Assembly: GCA_965365345.1 (NCBI GenBank) | Contig: CBDUBH010000005.1 | Span: 913-64,912 of the forward strand | Source of the DNA: an uncultured Melioribacteraceae bacterium | GTDB taxonomy: Bacteria > Bacteroidota > Ignavibacteria > Ignavibacteriales > SURF-24 | Reading direction: 5' to 3' | DNA: 64,000 bases | Part shown: piece by piece, positions 29,871-39,350 of the stretch | How the letters are laid out: every line of letters starts with the position of its first letter | Position numbering within the stretch: the first letter of the stretch is position 1 | Notes under the pieces: generated by a model | Told to the model about the DNA's origin: nothing | The model's input: the letters and a program-made list of their open reading frames with translations, nothing else | Database searches by the model: none | Made by a program: the position numbers and the translations under genes

Positions 29871-30395
29871 TTAAACTTTGTAGAAATAAATTTTCCACAT
29901 ATCATCTAATGATTCCGAAAAATGCTTTATTCCTTTTTTTGATAGCGCATTATATAAAGGAAACGGCTCAAAAAAATTTACCATTTTAATTGCGTTGAAT
30001 TCATTTAATTTTGCAAGAGCATCTTTGATTTTTACGATCGGGTCAATTCCGTTTAAAATATCTTCTCTTACATCAATTTCTATAATATTTTCTTCATTAA
30101 TATTTAATAGAAATTCTGGTTTTTTGATATTTGGATTTTTATTTGGAAGTTCAAGATCTTCTTCATGAGAAAGATTTCCTGTTTCCCCTACGGAAATTTT
30201 TATATAATTCAGAAGATCCGAAACAGCAATATTTTCAATGTTGGCGGCATCTTTTAAAGTCGTGCGTTTACCGATATTATTTATAATAAATTCTTTTTGA
30301 ATGGAGCTTAATTTCGGACTTATGGATTTTATAAGATCAATAAAAAGCGGATTTTGTTTTGCCAGATCCGAGATTTTAACTTCTTCTGTTATCAT
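29871..30395 (-). CDS. DUF1858/DUF2249-like protein
   Basis: N-terminal TTLKDAA helical domain; C-terminal IDVREDILNGIDP...FEPFPLY...WKIYF; lies between ric and qNor. Confidence 0.7.
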   Translation of the reverse strand: MITEEVKISDLAKQNPLFIDLIKSISPKLSSIQKEFIINNIGKRTTLKDAANIENIAVSDLLNYIKISVGETGNLSHEEDLELPNKNPNIKKPEFLLNINEENIIEIDVREDILNGIDPIVKIKDALAKLNEFNAIKMVNFFEPFPLYNALSKKGIKHFSESLDDMWKIYFYKV

Positions 30396-30422
30396 TTGTA
30401 TTAATTCGCTTTCTGAAAAACC

Positions 30423-30445
30423 GGCTCCGGTTAAATTCCGGAGCC
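30423..30445. other. Intergenic GC-rich hairpin after ric
   Basis: ggctccgg-ttaaatt-ccggagcc with no strong U tract. Confidence 0.5.
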
Positions 30446-30452
30446 AAATATT

Positions 30453-31175
30453 TTAATTTTTTCTTAAATCATTTTCCATTTGAATTGCTTTTGGGAACAA
30501 GATCGAATTTTCAAGAAAAACATGTTTGTGAAGGTCTTTTTCAAATTCATCTAATTCTTTATAAGTTACGGCAAAAGTTGTGCATGCGCCTTGCGGTAAA
30601 GTGAAATTGCTTGTTAAAGTTCTGATTTTTTCAAGAGCATCTCCTGCACTGTCATGCTCTCTTTCCATTACCTCAATAGGATTTTTCACTGAAAAATTTC
30701 CGAATGAACTTAAATCTTCCCCGCTTCTTTTTGCCTGAATCATTTTGTTAATTGCAGGGAATAAAATATTTTCTTCTTTTTGCATGTGACTGAAAAGTTC
30801 AGCTTTTACTTTATCAAATAGATAAGCGACTTCCTGCACGAAAGGATGATTTGCGGAATGTGCGTTCACAACTCTTTGTAAATGTTCCGTAATAACAGGA
30901 ATTGATCTTAAAACATATTTATGATGATTATTAACAATATGCATTATCAAATAATCCAATTCCCATTCATCATATCTGTTGCTATCGCCGCCGGGCAATT
31001 TTGCTGCTTCTTTTAATTCGCTCAAAATTTGATCTACATTAATATTTTTTTCCGCGCAAGCCTGATTTAGCGGTCTGTTACCTTTACAGCAAAAATCAAT
31101 TCCGTATTTTTCAAAAACTTCTGCTGATCTGAAATTCTCTGCAACCAAATCTTTAATTATTACATCTGCGTTCAT
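30453..31175 (-). CDS. ric: Iron-sulfur cluster repair di-iron protein (Ric/YtfE/ScdA)
   Basis: GIDFCCKG, HHKY, HMQKEENILFP, MEREHD, HVFLENSILFP. Confidence 0.96.
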   Translation of the reverse strand: MNADVIIKDLVAENFRSAEVFEKYGIDFCCKGNRPLNQACAEKNINVDQILSELKEAAKLPGGDSNRYDEWELDYLIMHIVNNHHKYVLRSIPVITEHLQRVVNAHSANHPFVQEVAYLFDKVKAELFSHMQKEENILFPAINKMIQAKRSGEDLSSFGNFSVKNPIEVMEREHDSAGDALEKIRTLTSNFTLPQGACTTFAVTYKELDEFEKDLHKHVFLENSILFPKAIQMENDLRKN

Positions 31176-31361
31176 TATGTTTTCCTTTTAAAGTTATATT
31201 CAGAATTTTTTGTCCGATTAAAAAATACAAATTATTTAATAAGATGTCAAGTCTTTTATTTGAAAAAATTTTGGCATAATTTAAAGATGAGAAAAATAAA
31301 AAACTAGAAATATAAAGATTCAAGGATGGAAAGATTGAAAAGATAAAAAATAATAACTTCC

Positions 31362-31468
31362 GTTACTCTCGAAAGTAAAACTTTTCGGAAATCCTTTTTA
31401 AATATAAGAAAAAAGATTCCGGATCTGTCCAAATTGGCTTCGGCCAAGGCGGGCTTTGCTGGAATGAC
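31362..31468. repeat. Degenerate REP/RPE-like palindromic element
   Basis: GTTACTCTCGAAAG...CTTTTCGGAAATCC and GATTCCGGATC...GGAATGAC arms, GC-rich within an AT-rich intergenic region. Confidence 0.45.
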
Positions 31469-31577
31469 AAAAACTTAATTTACTTTCTCCGTAGCTTTTG
31501 TGCCTGTATGATTATTATTTTATCTTATCAAGATTCCCCGCCAGCAAAAATGCAAAAATAACTATAAATTCAAATTT

Positions 31578-32672
31578 CTAAATTGTTAAAATTCTTTTGA
31601 AAATATCAATTCCTGTTTCTATTATGTTATCATCCGGTAAAAATTTTGGCGTGTGAAGTCCGTGTTTTTCCCCTTTCGAAGTGCCAAGCCAAAACATAAA
31701 AGAAGGATACATTTTAGTGAAAAATCCGAAATCTTCACCCGTCATTTTTAAACCGCAATCAATAAAATTAAAATCTTTCGATAAATTTTTTTGGATTAAA
31801 TGAAAAAGATTCTGATCAACTTTTACTTCTTTATAAAGCGAACCTTTAGTAATTTTATATTCAATTTTCATTTTTGATTTTATAGAATCCAAAACCTGAA
31901 CAATTTTTTTGTAAAATTCAAGCGAAAGATCGCTGTTTAAAGATCTAATTGTGCATTCAGCTTTTGCATGTGCGGGAATTATATTTCGCGCCGTTCCACT
32001 GTAAACTTTTCCGTATCCGAAAATTATTTTTTCTTCGCTGTTTTTAATTACATTTTGAATTTCATCTAAAAATAATCTTAATCCGTCAAAAGCATGAATT
32101 CCGTTTTCTGGAAATGCCACATGCGCGCTTTTACCGATAATTTCAACATCTATTTCAAATGCAGATGCAAACAAAACTCCCGGAGTTGAGGCGATTGTTC
32201 CGGATTCATATTCATCGGTAACATGCAAAGCAAAGGCATTTTTTATTTTGAATCGATTGAAAATTCCGCTTTCAATTACTTTTTCCGCTCCGCCGCCACC
32301 TTCTTCACCCGGCTGAAATAAAAATAAAATATTCTGATCAATTTTATTTTCAACAACAAATTTCAAAAATCCGTAAAGTATTGCCGAATGCACATCGTGT
32401 CCGCAAGCGTGCATATTTTCGTTTGTCGATTTAAAAGGAATTTCATTTTCTTCTTTTATCGGAAGCGCATCAATATCGGCTCTGAAAAGTAAAAATTCGC
32501 TATCGTTAACTTTATATTCAACTAAAATTCCTGTTTCCAGTGGTCTGTGAATTTTTATTGAATCAAATTTTTCAATGTTTTCAATCAAAATTTTTGTTGT
32601 TTCAAATTCATTGAACATTAATTCCGGAGTTTGATGTAATTTATGGCGTAATTCAACCGGGGAAATTTGCAT
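31578..32672 (-). CDS. M20 family amidohydrolase (N-acetyldiaminopimelate deacetylase-like)
   Basis: LHQTPEL, FRADIDALP, MHACGHDVH, FQPGEEG, GEDFG, GLHTP. Confidence 0.9.
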   Translation of the reverse strand: MQISPVELRHKLHQTPELMFNEFETTKILIENIEKFDSIKIHRPLETGILVEYKVNDSEFLLFRADIDALPIKEENEIPFKSTNENMHACGHDVHSAILYGFLKFVVENKIDQNILFLFQPGEEGGGGAEKVIESGIFNRFKIKNAFALHVTDEYESGTIASTPGVLFASAFEIDVEIIGKSAHVAFPENGIHAFDGLRLFLDEIQNVIKNSEEKIIFGYGKVYSGTARNIIPAHAKAECTIRSLNSDLSLEFYKKIVQVLDSIKSKMKIEYKITKGSLYKEVKVDQNLFHLIQKNLSKDFNFIDCGLKMTGEDFGFFTKMYPSFMFWLGTSKGEKHGLHTPKFLPDDNIIETGIDIFKRILTI

Positions 32673-32772
32673 TTTTCATCCTTTCAATTTGAAAATTTTG
32701 TTTTCGAATTCACTAAAATTGCAGAAAAAATTAACGATAATCAAAATATAAAGTATTTCGGAAAATAGTTTT

Positions 32773-33270
32773 ATGGATGCAAATAAATTCGAAAAGATCT
32801 TGAATGTGATGAATGTTCCGCTGGAATATCTAACTTCAAATTTTGATCTTGATGAAGCTGATATTTACAGATTATTGAGCGGTAAAGTTTCAGATAAATT
32901 TTTACTAGATAAAATTTCACACGCGCTTGCAATTTCGAAGAATGATTTGACCGGTAGCGGAAATGTGCTTTTGCAATCTGTTTTTTCATCTTTTAATCAG
33001 CCGTTTTATATTTTCAGACTTTACGCTTTGGAAGAGATCAAATCTTTTAATTTGAGTGAATATTTTTCTTTCATTCCAAATCATTGCAATATGAATTTTA
33101 TTTTGATCGAAGGACTTTTAACTTTACGTTCAGAAACCGGAAGAAGTTTGTTCATTAAAGATGAATCATTTTCAATTTCCGGGAAAGACGGAGTTTTTCA
33201 TGCAGATTTCGCTGAAAATACGATTGTTTTAGTTTATGTGAATTATAATTCAAATCATCTACTGGCTTAA
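32773..33270 (+). CDS. Hypothetical protein, possibly XRE-HTH plus cupin-like
   Basis: 165-aa ORF followed by a terminator; N-terminal helical segment ending KISHALAIS, C-terminal beta-rich segment ILIEGLLTL. Confidence 0.5.
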   Translation: MDANKFEKILNVMNVPLEYLTSNFDLDEADIYRLLSGKVSDKFLLDKISHALAISKNDLTGSGNVLLQSVFSSFNQPFYIFRLYALEEIKSFNLSEYFSFIPNHCNMNFILIEGLLTLRSETGRSLFIKDESFSISGKDGVFHADFAENTIVLVYVNYNSNHLLA

Positions 33271-33284
33271 AAATTATTTAAAAT

Positions 33285-33319
33285 AAAAAAGCCGTTTCAA
33301 TTTTTGAAACGGCTTTTTT
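33285..33319. terminator. Bidirectional terminator
   Basis: aaaaaagccgtttcaa-ttt-ttgaaacggctttttt. Confidence 0.85.
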
Positions 33320-33443
33320 ATTTCTGTAAGATCACTTTTCTCTTTTCAATTTTATTTCCATTTTTTTTGGGAATTTTGAAATTTATTATCAGCATTTTTC
33401 CGGATTAAATTTTCAATCAACTTAAAAAAATCAAAATGATTAA

Positions 33444-34589
33444 TTAGATCGCAATTTTATTTTCAGTTTCAAAAAGATCTACCAATTCTTTTACTTTGAA
33501 CGGAACATACATTGCAGTATTTAACAAAACTATTGCGGTGCGCCTTTTTTCAATATCACGAACAAAATAAGTTTTGTAACCTTTCCACCATCCGCCGTGA
33601 TAAACAATTTTTCTGTCATCTTCATCATCATAAAAAATGCGCCAGCCGTAGCCGTAATTTCTGTCATCTTTTAATTTCGGGAAAGCCGGAGTAAATGCTT
33701 CCTGTAATGTTTCTTTTGAAATCAATGTTTCATCATAAAGTGCCTTATCCCAGATCAAAAGATCTTCCACGGTAGAAAAAATTCCTTTATCGCCTGTAAC
33801 TCCATCCTGAAAATGAAGCGTTTCTTTTATTTTATTCGGTTTGTGTCCGATTGCAATTAAAGCGGATTGCTGCGGATTTTGATAATCGAGCACATAAGAA
33901 CTATTCATTGCAAGCGGAGTAAAAATTTCATCTTTAAGAAAATCTTTATATTTTTTTCCTGAAACTTTTTCAATTATAGATGATAAAATTGCATAACCTG
34001 TATTGCTGTACAAAAACTTTTTACCCGGCGAAAAATAAACTGCAGGTTTGTGCTTTCTCAAAAGATTTATTAAATCATCATTAGTTAAAAATTTAGATTT
34101 ATTTTTCCAGTAACCTTCCGAAAAATGCATATAATTCGGTAATCCGCTGCTGTGTGATAGCAATTGTTTTATCGTAATATTTTTATACGGAAAATTCGGG
34201 ATGAATTTTTCAATTTTGTCATTAAGAGAAAGTTCTTGCCTTTCCTTCAATATTAAAATTGCGGCGGCAGTAAATTGTTTTGAAACTGAAGCTAACTGAA
34301 AAATTGAATTTGTACTAAGTGAATCTTTCGTTTGAAAATCTGAATAACCGAAAGCATTTTCGTAAACAATTTTTCCGTTCTCGGCAAAAAGAACAACGCC
34401 GTTTAATTTGCCGTCATTAAATCTGTTAGTGAAAAAAGTATCAATCCTTTCAGTTGCGGGAGATTTCATTTTTACGAAATTAAGAGCCGGAACCATTGCC
34501 GCGCTACCAATTCCGTCAAAACTTCCTCTTTCGCAAGATGTAAAAACAAAACCTAAAAGAACAAAAATATATATTAAATTTTTATGCAT
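33444..34589 (-). CDS. Beta-lactamase-related (class C-like) serine hydrolase lipoprotein
   Basis: Lipobox FTSC, SxxK in LASVSKQF, LLSHSSG, YSN, HGG. Confidence 0.88.
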   Translation of the reverse strand: MHKNLIYIFVLLGFVFTSCERGSFDGIGSAAMVPALNFVKMKSPATERIDTFFTNRFNDGKLNGVVLFAENGKIVYENAFGYSDFQTKDSLSTNSIFQLASVSKQFTAAAILILKERQELSLNDKIEKFIPNFPYKNITIKQLLSHSSGLPNYMHFSEGYWKNKSKFLTNDDLINLLRKHKPAVYFSPGKKFLYSNTGYAILSSIIEKVSGKKYKDFLKDEIFTPLAMNSSYVLDYQNPQQSALIAIGHKPNKIKETLHFQDGVTGDKGIFSTVEDLLIWDKALYDETLISKETLQEAFTPAFPKLKDDRNYGYGWRIFYDDEDDRKIVYHGGWWKGYKTYFVRDIEKRRTAIVLLNTAMYVPFKVKELVDLFETENKIAI

Positions 34590-34674
34590 AATTTTTATGT
34601 AAGAATTGAGTTAAATTCCGGATTTTTCCGGAATGTTTATATAATTTTTGATTTATAATTTTTAATCGAACTGA

Positions 34675-36501
34675 TTAGAAAACAATTGACATTTCGCAGC
34701 GTTTGCAATCGAAAATCAATTTGTATTTGCGTTTATTATCGAACAGAAACAGCGGATTCTTTACGCCCAAATTTTGTGACTTATTTTTCAAAGGACAAAT
34801 TTCCAATTCATCTTTTATGCAATATTTGCAGGTCATAACAACTTTATCTTTATGCGAGTTCAATAATTCAAAACCGGGCTCAATTTTTTCCACACCGCGC
34901 TTTAAATAAAATTTTTTTGATTTTTTATTTAAAACATTTGCTTTGTATGTTAAATCTTTCTCAAAATATTGAACAGAACTTTCTTCAATTTTTCTTACGA
35001 TCTCAGGATAATTTTTTATTCTGAGATTTTCAAGTTCATCTAAAAGATTTCTTCTGATTTCATTGATTTTGCTAACAGCGAGAAAATATATTTGGTTCAA
35101 TTTAAATTCAACTTCATAAATTTCAAAAATTGAACTTCCGCTTTTTTGAAGTTGATTTTTGAAAACTTCCAGATATTTTTCAGGATTTTTAGCAATTTCA
35201 AGATTTTCTTTTATTAAAATTTCAAATTGATTCTTATCTTCATCAACCGCTACAAATTTATATCCGCCGGAAATATTTTCAACAAATATTTTCGCTTCAA
35301 TTTTTCTTACGGATTTGCTTTGATCCAAAACTTTTGAAAATTCATAGTCATAATTTCTGAAAACTTTTGTACCGGTTTTCAATTTTAGTTCATCAATTTT
35401 GCCGGAATAAATTTTTCTTCCTTCAATTTTATTCAGATACATTCCGGTTAGATCCTGATCTTCATTTTGAAAACAAATGCCATCACCGCTGATAAATTTT
35501 TCTTTTGTTGAAATTTCAAAATGATCTTTTTTGACTGAAATAATTTCGCCTAAATATTTTCCCAAAGATTTCGGCGAGTAAAAAGAAGAAAGATTTTTAT
35601 TTTCCCCGTTTAAAAAATAATCTGTGTAGCTGCGATTAAAAGTTTTTTCAAGATCAGGTTCAAAATCAAATATAACTTTTCCGCTTGAAGCTTTTTCATA
35701 TTTATCTGAATTCTGAATTATCGAATCCAATTTTTTTCTGTAAAATGCCACTACATTTTTTATGTAATCAATATCTTTTAATCTTCCTTCAATTTTGAAA
35801 GATGAAATTCCGGAGTTAATTAAGTCCGCAATATTTTTTGAAAGATTCAGATCTTTGAGTGAAAGCAGATATTTATCTTTTGCAATAATTTTTCCGTTTG
35901 AATCTTCGAGTGAAAATTTTTGTCTGCAAATTTGCGCGCACTCGCCCCTGTTTGCACTGCGATCAAACAAGGCTTCGCTGAAATAGCACTGTCCACTGTA
36001 AGAAACGCAAAGCGCGCCGTGAACGAAAAATTCCAAATCAACATTTGTATTTTCAGAAATTCCTTTTATTTGATCTAGCGAAAGTTCGCGCGCCAAAATT
36101 ATTCTTGAAAATCCGAGCGATTCTAAAAATTTTATTCTTTCAATATCATAATTATGAGTTTGAGTTGAAGCAAATAATTGAATAGGCGGCAAATTCATTT
36201 CAAAAATTCCGAGATCCTGAATTATAACCGCATCAACTCCAATTTCATAAATCTGCCAGATTAATTTTTCGGCTTCCAAAAGTTCATCATCGTAAAGTAA
36301 AGTATTTACGGTAATATAAACTTTCACCCAATATTTATGGGCATATTGTACAAGTTTTTCAATTTCATCAAGTGAATTTCCGGCAGCTGCGCGAGCACCG
36401 AATTTAGGCGCACCGATATAAACCGCGTCGGCTCCGGAATTAATTGCGGCAATTCCCGATTCCAATTTTTTTGCAGGTGCAAGAAGTTCTAATTTTTTCA
36501 T
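34675..36501 (-). CDS. rlhA: U32 family protein with DUF3656-like tail (RlhA-like 23S rRNA hydroxylase)
   Basis: ELLAPA, GADAVYIG, HGALCVSYSGQC...RGECAQIC Fe-S motif, KIEGRLK; 608 aa. Confidence 0.78.
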   Translation of the reverse strand: MKKLELLAPAKKLESGIAAINSGADAVYIGAPKFGARAAAGNSLDEIEKLVQYAHKYWVKVYITVNTLLYDDELLEAEKLIWQIYEIGVDAVIIQDLGIFEMNLPPIQLFASTQTHNYDIERIKFLESLGFSRIILARELSLDQIKGISENTNVDLEFFVHGALCVSYSGQCYFSEALFDRSANRGECAQICRQKFSLEDSNGKIIAKDKYLLSLKDLNLSKNIADLINSGISSFKIEGRLKDIDYIKNVVAFYRKKLDSIIQNSDKYEKASSGKVIFDFEPDLEKTFNRSYTDYFLNGENKNLSSFYSPKSLGKYLGEIISVKKDHFEISTKEKFISGDGICFQNEDQDLTGMYLNKIEGRKIYSGKIDELKLKTGTKVFRNYDYEFSKVLDQSKSVRKIEAKIFVENISGGYKFVAVDEDKNQFEILIKENLEIAKNPEKYLEVFKNQLQKSGSSIFEIYEVEFKLNQIYFLAVSKINEIRRNLLDELENLRIKNYPEIVRKIEESSVQYFEKDLTYKANVLNKKSKKFYLKRGVEKIEPGFELLNSHKDKVVMTCKYCIKDELEICPLKNKSQNLGVKNPLFLFDNKRKYKLIFDCKRCEMSIVF

Positions 36502-36656
36502 TTTTATTTTTTCTAAAGTAGCACAAAAATAACAAATGAAAATTAATTTATCCTCACCATTTATTTATGCCGGAAAATTTTATTTAATTTTAATAAAAAA
36601 TTTTTAGTGAAATAAATGTAAAAAAATATTATAAAATTATGATAGTGTGAAATTGA

Positions 36657-36700
36657 TTTATTTGAAAACAGGAAAATCGATATTCCTGTTTTCAAATAAA
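36657..36700 (-). terminator. 18-bp perfect hairpin ending the pilus operon
   Basis: tttatttgaaaacaggaa-aatcgata-ttcctgttttcaaataaa. Confidence 0.7.
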
Positions 36701-36716
36701 ATCTCTCGAAATTTTT

Positions 36717-37208
36717 TCAGGTTTGTGCGGCTTGGACTGTTTTTGCTGAATTGAAATTTATATCATTAAAAATTTTCAAATAATCAGGAATGAAAATATC
36801 TTTTCCATCATGATTTATTTTCCCTTTAATGTAAATATTTTCAAAAATATCAGAATCGGTCTTTTCCATCGAGTTGATAAGGTTTTCGTTTTTGATAATG
36901 TAAATTTCATTTATTTTATCAGCGATAAATGCGAATTGTTTACCCGCTGATTCTACAACAATCAGTCTGTTATCTTCGTTTTTTTTCCTTTTATTCGGTT
37001 TAATAAATTTTCTGAAATTTATAACCGGGATTAAAGCGAAATTCAGATCTAGGTAAAGTTTGTTTTTAGTTTTAAGAAACTTAACTGAATCATCAATTTT
37101 TATGATGCTTATAATATCATCAAGATCTGTGCAGAATTCCGTGCCGTTCAATTCAAATATTACTATCCCTGAAATATTTCCGTAATTTGGTATATTGCCG
37201 GTATTCAT
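36717..37208 (-). CDS. CheW-like domain protein
   Basis: IVIFELNGTEFC, LIPVINFRKF, RLIVVE...FAFIADKINEI pattern. Confidence 0.75.
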   Translation of the reverse strand: MNTGNIPNYGNISGIVIFELNGTEFCTDLDDIISIIKIDDSVKFLKTKNKLYLDLNFALIPVINFRKFIKPNKRKKNEDNRLIVVESAGKQFAFIADKINEIYIIKNENLINSMEKTDSDIFENIYIKGKINHDGKDIFIPDYLKIFNDINFNSAKTVQAAQT

Positions 37209-37228
37209 TTTTTACCCCGAAAGATTTT

Positions 37229-38464
37229 CTATTGTTGTTTTTGAATATAATTCTGTTTGTGCTTGTTCATATCTCTTTCGTCTTCACGTAATTTTTCCCG
37301 TATCAAACTTTCATTTTGCAGATCCTTTTGCGTAAATCTTTCTTCTAAAGTCGGTAAAACATCGGCTTTTATTAAAATGATAACTTCTTTTTTCCTAATG
37401 ACTTTTTGATCACTTCCGGCTAAATATCTTATTCCGAAAACCCACCATGGAAGATCTTTCAAAAAAGGAATTCCCGTACGGACAACATTTTCTTCATTAA
37501 CGTAAAGTCCACCGATCACTGTCTGTTCGCTGTCCAGTAAAAGCACATCAGAAGCGGCGGCCGTCTTTTTTACTTCTGTTGTAAGTTCAGTCGGGAAAAA
37601 TGAGCTTCTTTCAACACTTATTTTAAGTAATACATAAAGCAATTCATTTTTTTGATAAACGTATGGAACCACTTCTATTATTGATCCTGCTGAATAAAAA
37701 CGGTCAATAATGTTTCCCGAAAAATCTCTTTGCTTAATTGAAAAATCTGATCCGACCTGAATTCTGCCTTTTTGTTTATCACGAACTGTGATCGAAGGGC
37801 TTGCAATTATTTCGCCAAGATTTTGAGTTTCAAAAAATCTGAACATTGCTGTCACATTTCCTTTGAAATCACCAATATCAAATCTTGATGCCGTTGAAGT
37901 TTCAAATCCCGGTGGAATTGCCTGCTGCTGTCCTTGAGTTTGCGCAGGAATACTTTTTGTTCTTAAATCTGTTCCAATGGAAATATCATTTTTTGAAAAA
38001 ACTGCTTTCCAGTCAATACCTACTTCACGGGATTTTTCCATATCAGCTTCAAAAAATACAGCAGAGATACTGATTTCCCTTGCATCAGTATCGGCAAAAA
38101 TATCGTCACTTAATTTTTTCTCTTCTTCGGTTATTTTTCTTTGCACAACAATTCTGTTCTCTTCTTCTTCGTACATCAATCCCATTAAATTTACAATGAT
38201 GTTCAATGCGGTTTTGTAAGGCATTCTGTTTATTTCCAATCCTATTGGAGATTTTATTGAAACAGTACTTACAATACTTTTTCCTGTTATGAATTGACTT
38301 ACTGCATTTAACATTTCGAGCGCTTCATCAAAACTTACTTCTTTTGAAATAGTAACTAATTCCGATGGATTGTAATATCCTGATACTCTTTTTTCCAATT
38401 CAACTTGTGAGAGCGAAGTTAAAATCGGGAAAATAAACAGAACGCTAATTAACAGTACTTTCAT
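37229..38464 (-). CDS. pilQ: Short secretin (PilQ/GspD family)
   Basis: Signal peptide, EVGIDW, IIASPSITV, VIGGL, GIPFLKDLP. Confidence 0.85.
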   Translation of the reverse strand: MKVLLISVLFIFPILTSLSQVELEKRVSGYYNPSELVTISKEVSFDEALEMLNAVSQFITGKSIVSTVSIKSPIGLEINRMPYKTALNIIVNLMGLMYEEEENRIVVQRKITEEEKKLSDDIFADTDAREISISAVFFEADMEKSREVGIDWKAVFSKNDISIGTDLRTKSIPAQTQGQQQAIPPGFETSTASRFDIGDFKGNVTAMFRFFETQNLGEIIASPSITVRDKQKGRIQVGSDFSIKQRDFSGNIIDRFYSAGSIIEVVPYVYQKNELLYVLLKISVERSSFFPTELTTEVKKTAAASDVLLLDSEQTVIGGLYVNEENVVRTGIPFLKDLPWWVFGIRYLAGSDQKVIRKKEVIILIKADVLPTLEERFTQKDLQNESLIREKLREDERDMNKHKQNYIQKQQ

Positions 38465-38465
38465 T

Positions 38466-39350
38466 TTATTTTTCCTTATTTTTTTTATCCATCTCCAGAA
38501 CCAATTCTTCGATCAGTCCGCCTTTATTTAACGTGAATGTAACTTTTCTGTTTGTATAATCTATATCTGTTAAATAACCTAAATAAACTCTGTCTCCACG
38601 TTTCATTAAAAAAGTATTTCCATCGGTATCTTTTATGAATGCACCTTGCGGAACAAGTGAAAGAAGTTCTGCATTTTGAACATCGGGAAGTTCTTCAAAA
38701 TTCGGAAGAATTTCATTTCTGATAAGTGGAAAATATGCATTGTAAACAAGTTCAGGAGTTAAATTATTTTCTTTATTTTTTGCTGAGATAAATTGATCGG
38801 TGTTAGCAAAATACACATTTACAAGTAAATTGAATGAAACTAAATATTTCGGAAATCCTTTCGGATCAACTACTGTGTTTGCTTTAACATCCGCTGATTC
38901 AATTTTTTTTAATTCTTTACTTTTTTCAATTGCATATATTAAATTATAAACATCAGAAAACTTCCCAACTCCAAAAACTCTGTAAACATAATAATTGATT
39001 CCGTTCTCGGTTTTCTTTTCTTTGAACTCAACGCTTGTTCCGGTGTAATTAAATTCTTCGGTAGAATATTTATTAACAAAATCAAAAAAACTTTCTTCAG
39101 GCAAATTTCCCGGAATATTGAAAGTATTCATTCCAAGCAATGAATCAGTATAAGCTACTTCTTTTTCAACTGCTACAAGTTGCGCAAGTAAAGCATCTTT
39201 GCTTGAATAACTTTTTTCAAGTTCCTTTACTCTTTTTTCTTTTGCGGAAATTTCTTTGCCTTGAACAAACAGCATATACGAAAATCCCGCAGCTGAAACT
39301 AAAATCAAAATTATGCTTATGATTATTGCGTTTTTTGCTTTGCGACTCAT
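38466..39350 (-). CDS. PilO-like assembly protein, possibly with a PilP-like tail
   Basis: N-terminal TM helix and coiled coil, G.FSDVYNLIYAIE; position between PilMN and the secretin. Confidence 0.6.
   Translation of the reverse strand: MSRKAKNAIIISIILILVSAAGFSYMLFVQGKEISAKEKRVKELEKSYSSKDALLAQLVAVEKEVAYTDSLLGMNTFNIPGNLPEESFFDFVNKYSTEEFNYTGTSVEFKEKKTENGINYYVYRVFGVGKFSDVYNLIYAIEKSKELKKIESADVKANTVVDPKGFPKYLVSFNLLVNVYFANTDQFISAKNKENNLTPELVYNAYFPLIRNEILPNFEELPDVQNAELLSLVPQGAFIKDTDGNTFLMKRGDRVYLGYLTDIDYTNRKVTFTLNKGGLIEELVLEMDKKNKEK

Noticed and set aside
31271-31286. TTGGCATAATTTAAAG as a sigma54 promoter
   Set aside because: No -12 element at the right spacing and it does not point toward a plus-strand gene.
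33444-34589. Bona fide antibiotic-resistance beta-lactamase
   Set aside because: Motifs only place it in the broad serine hydrolase family; no mobile context and the substrate cannot be inferred.
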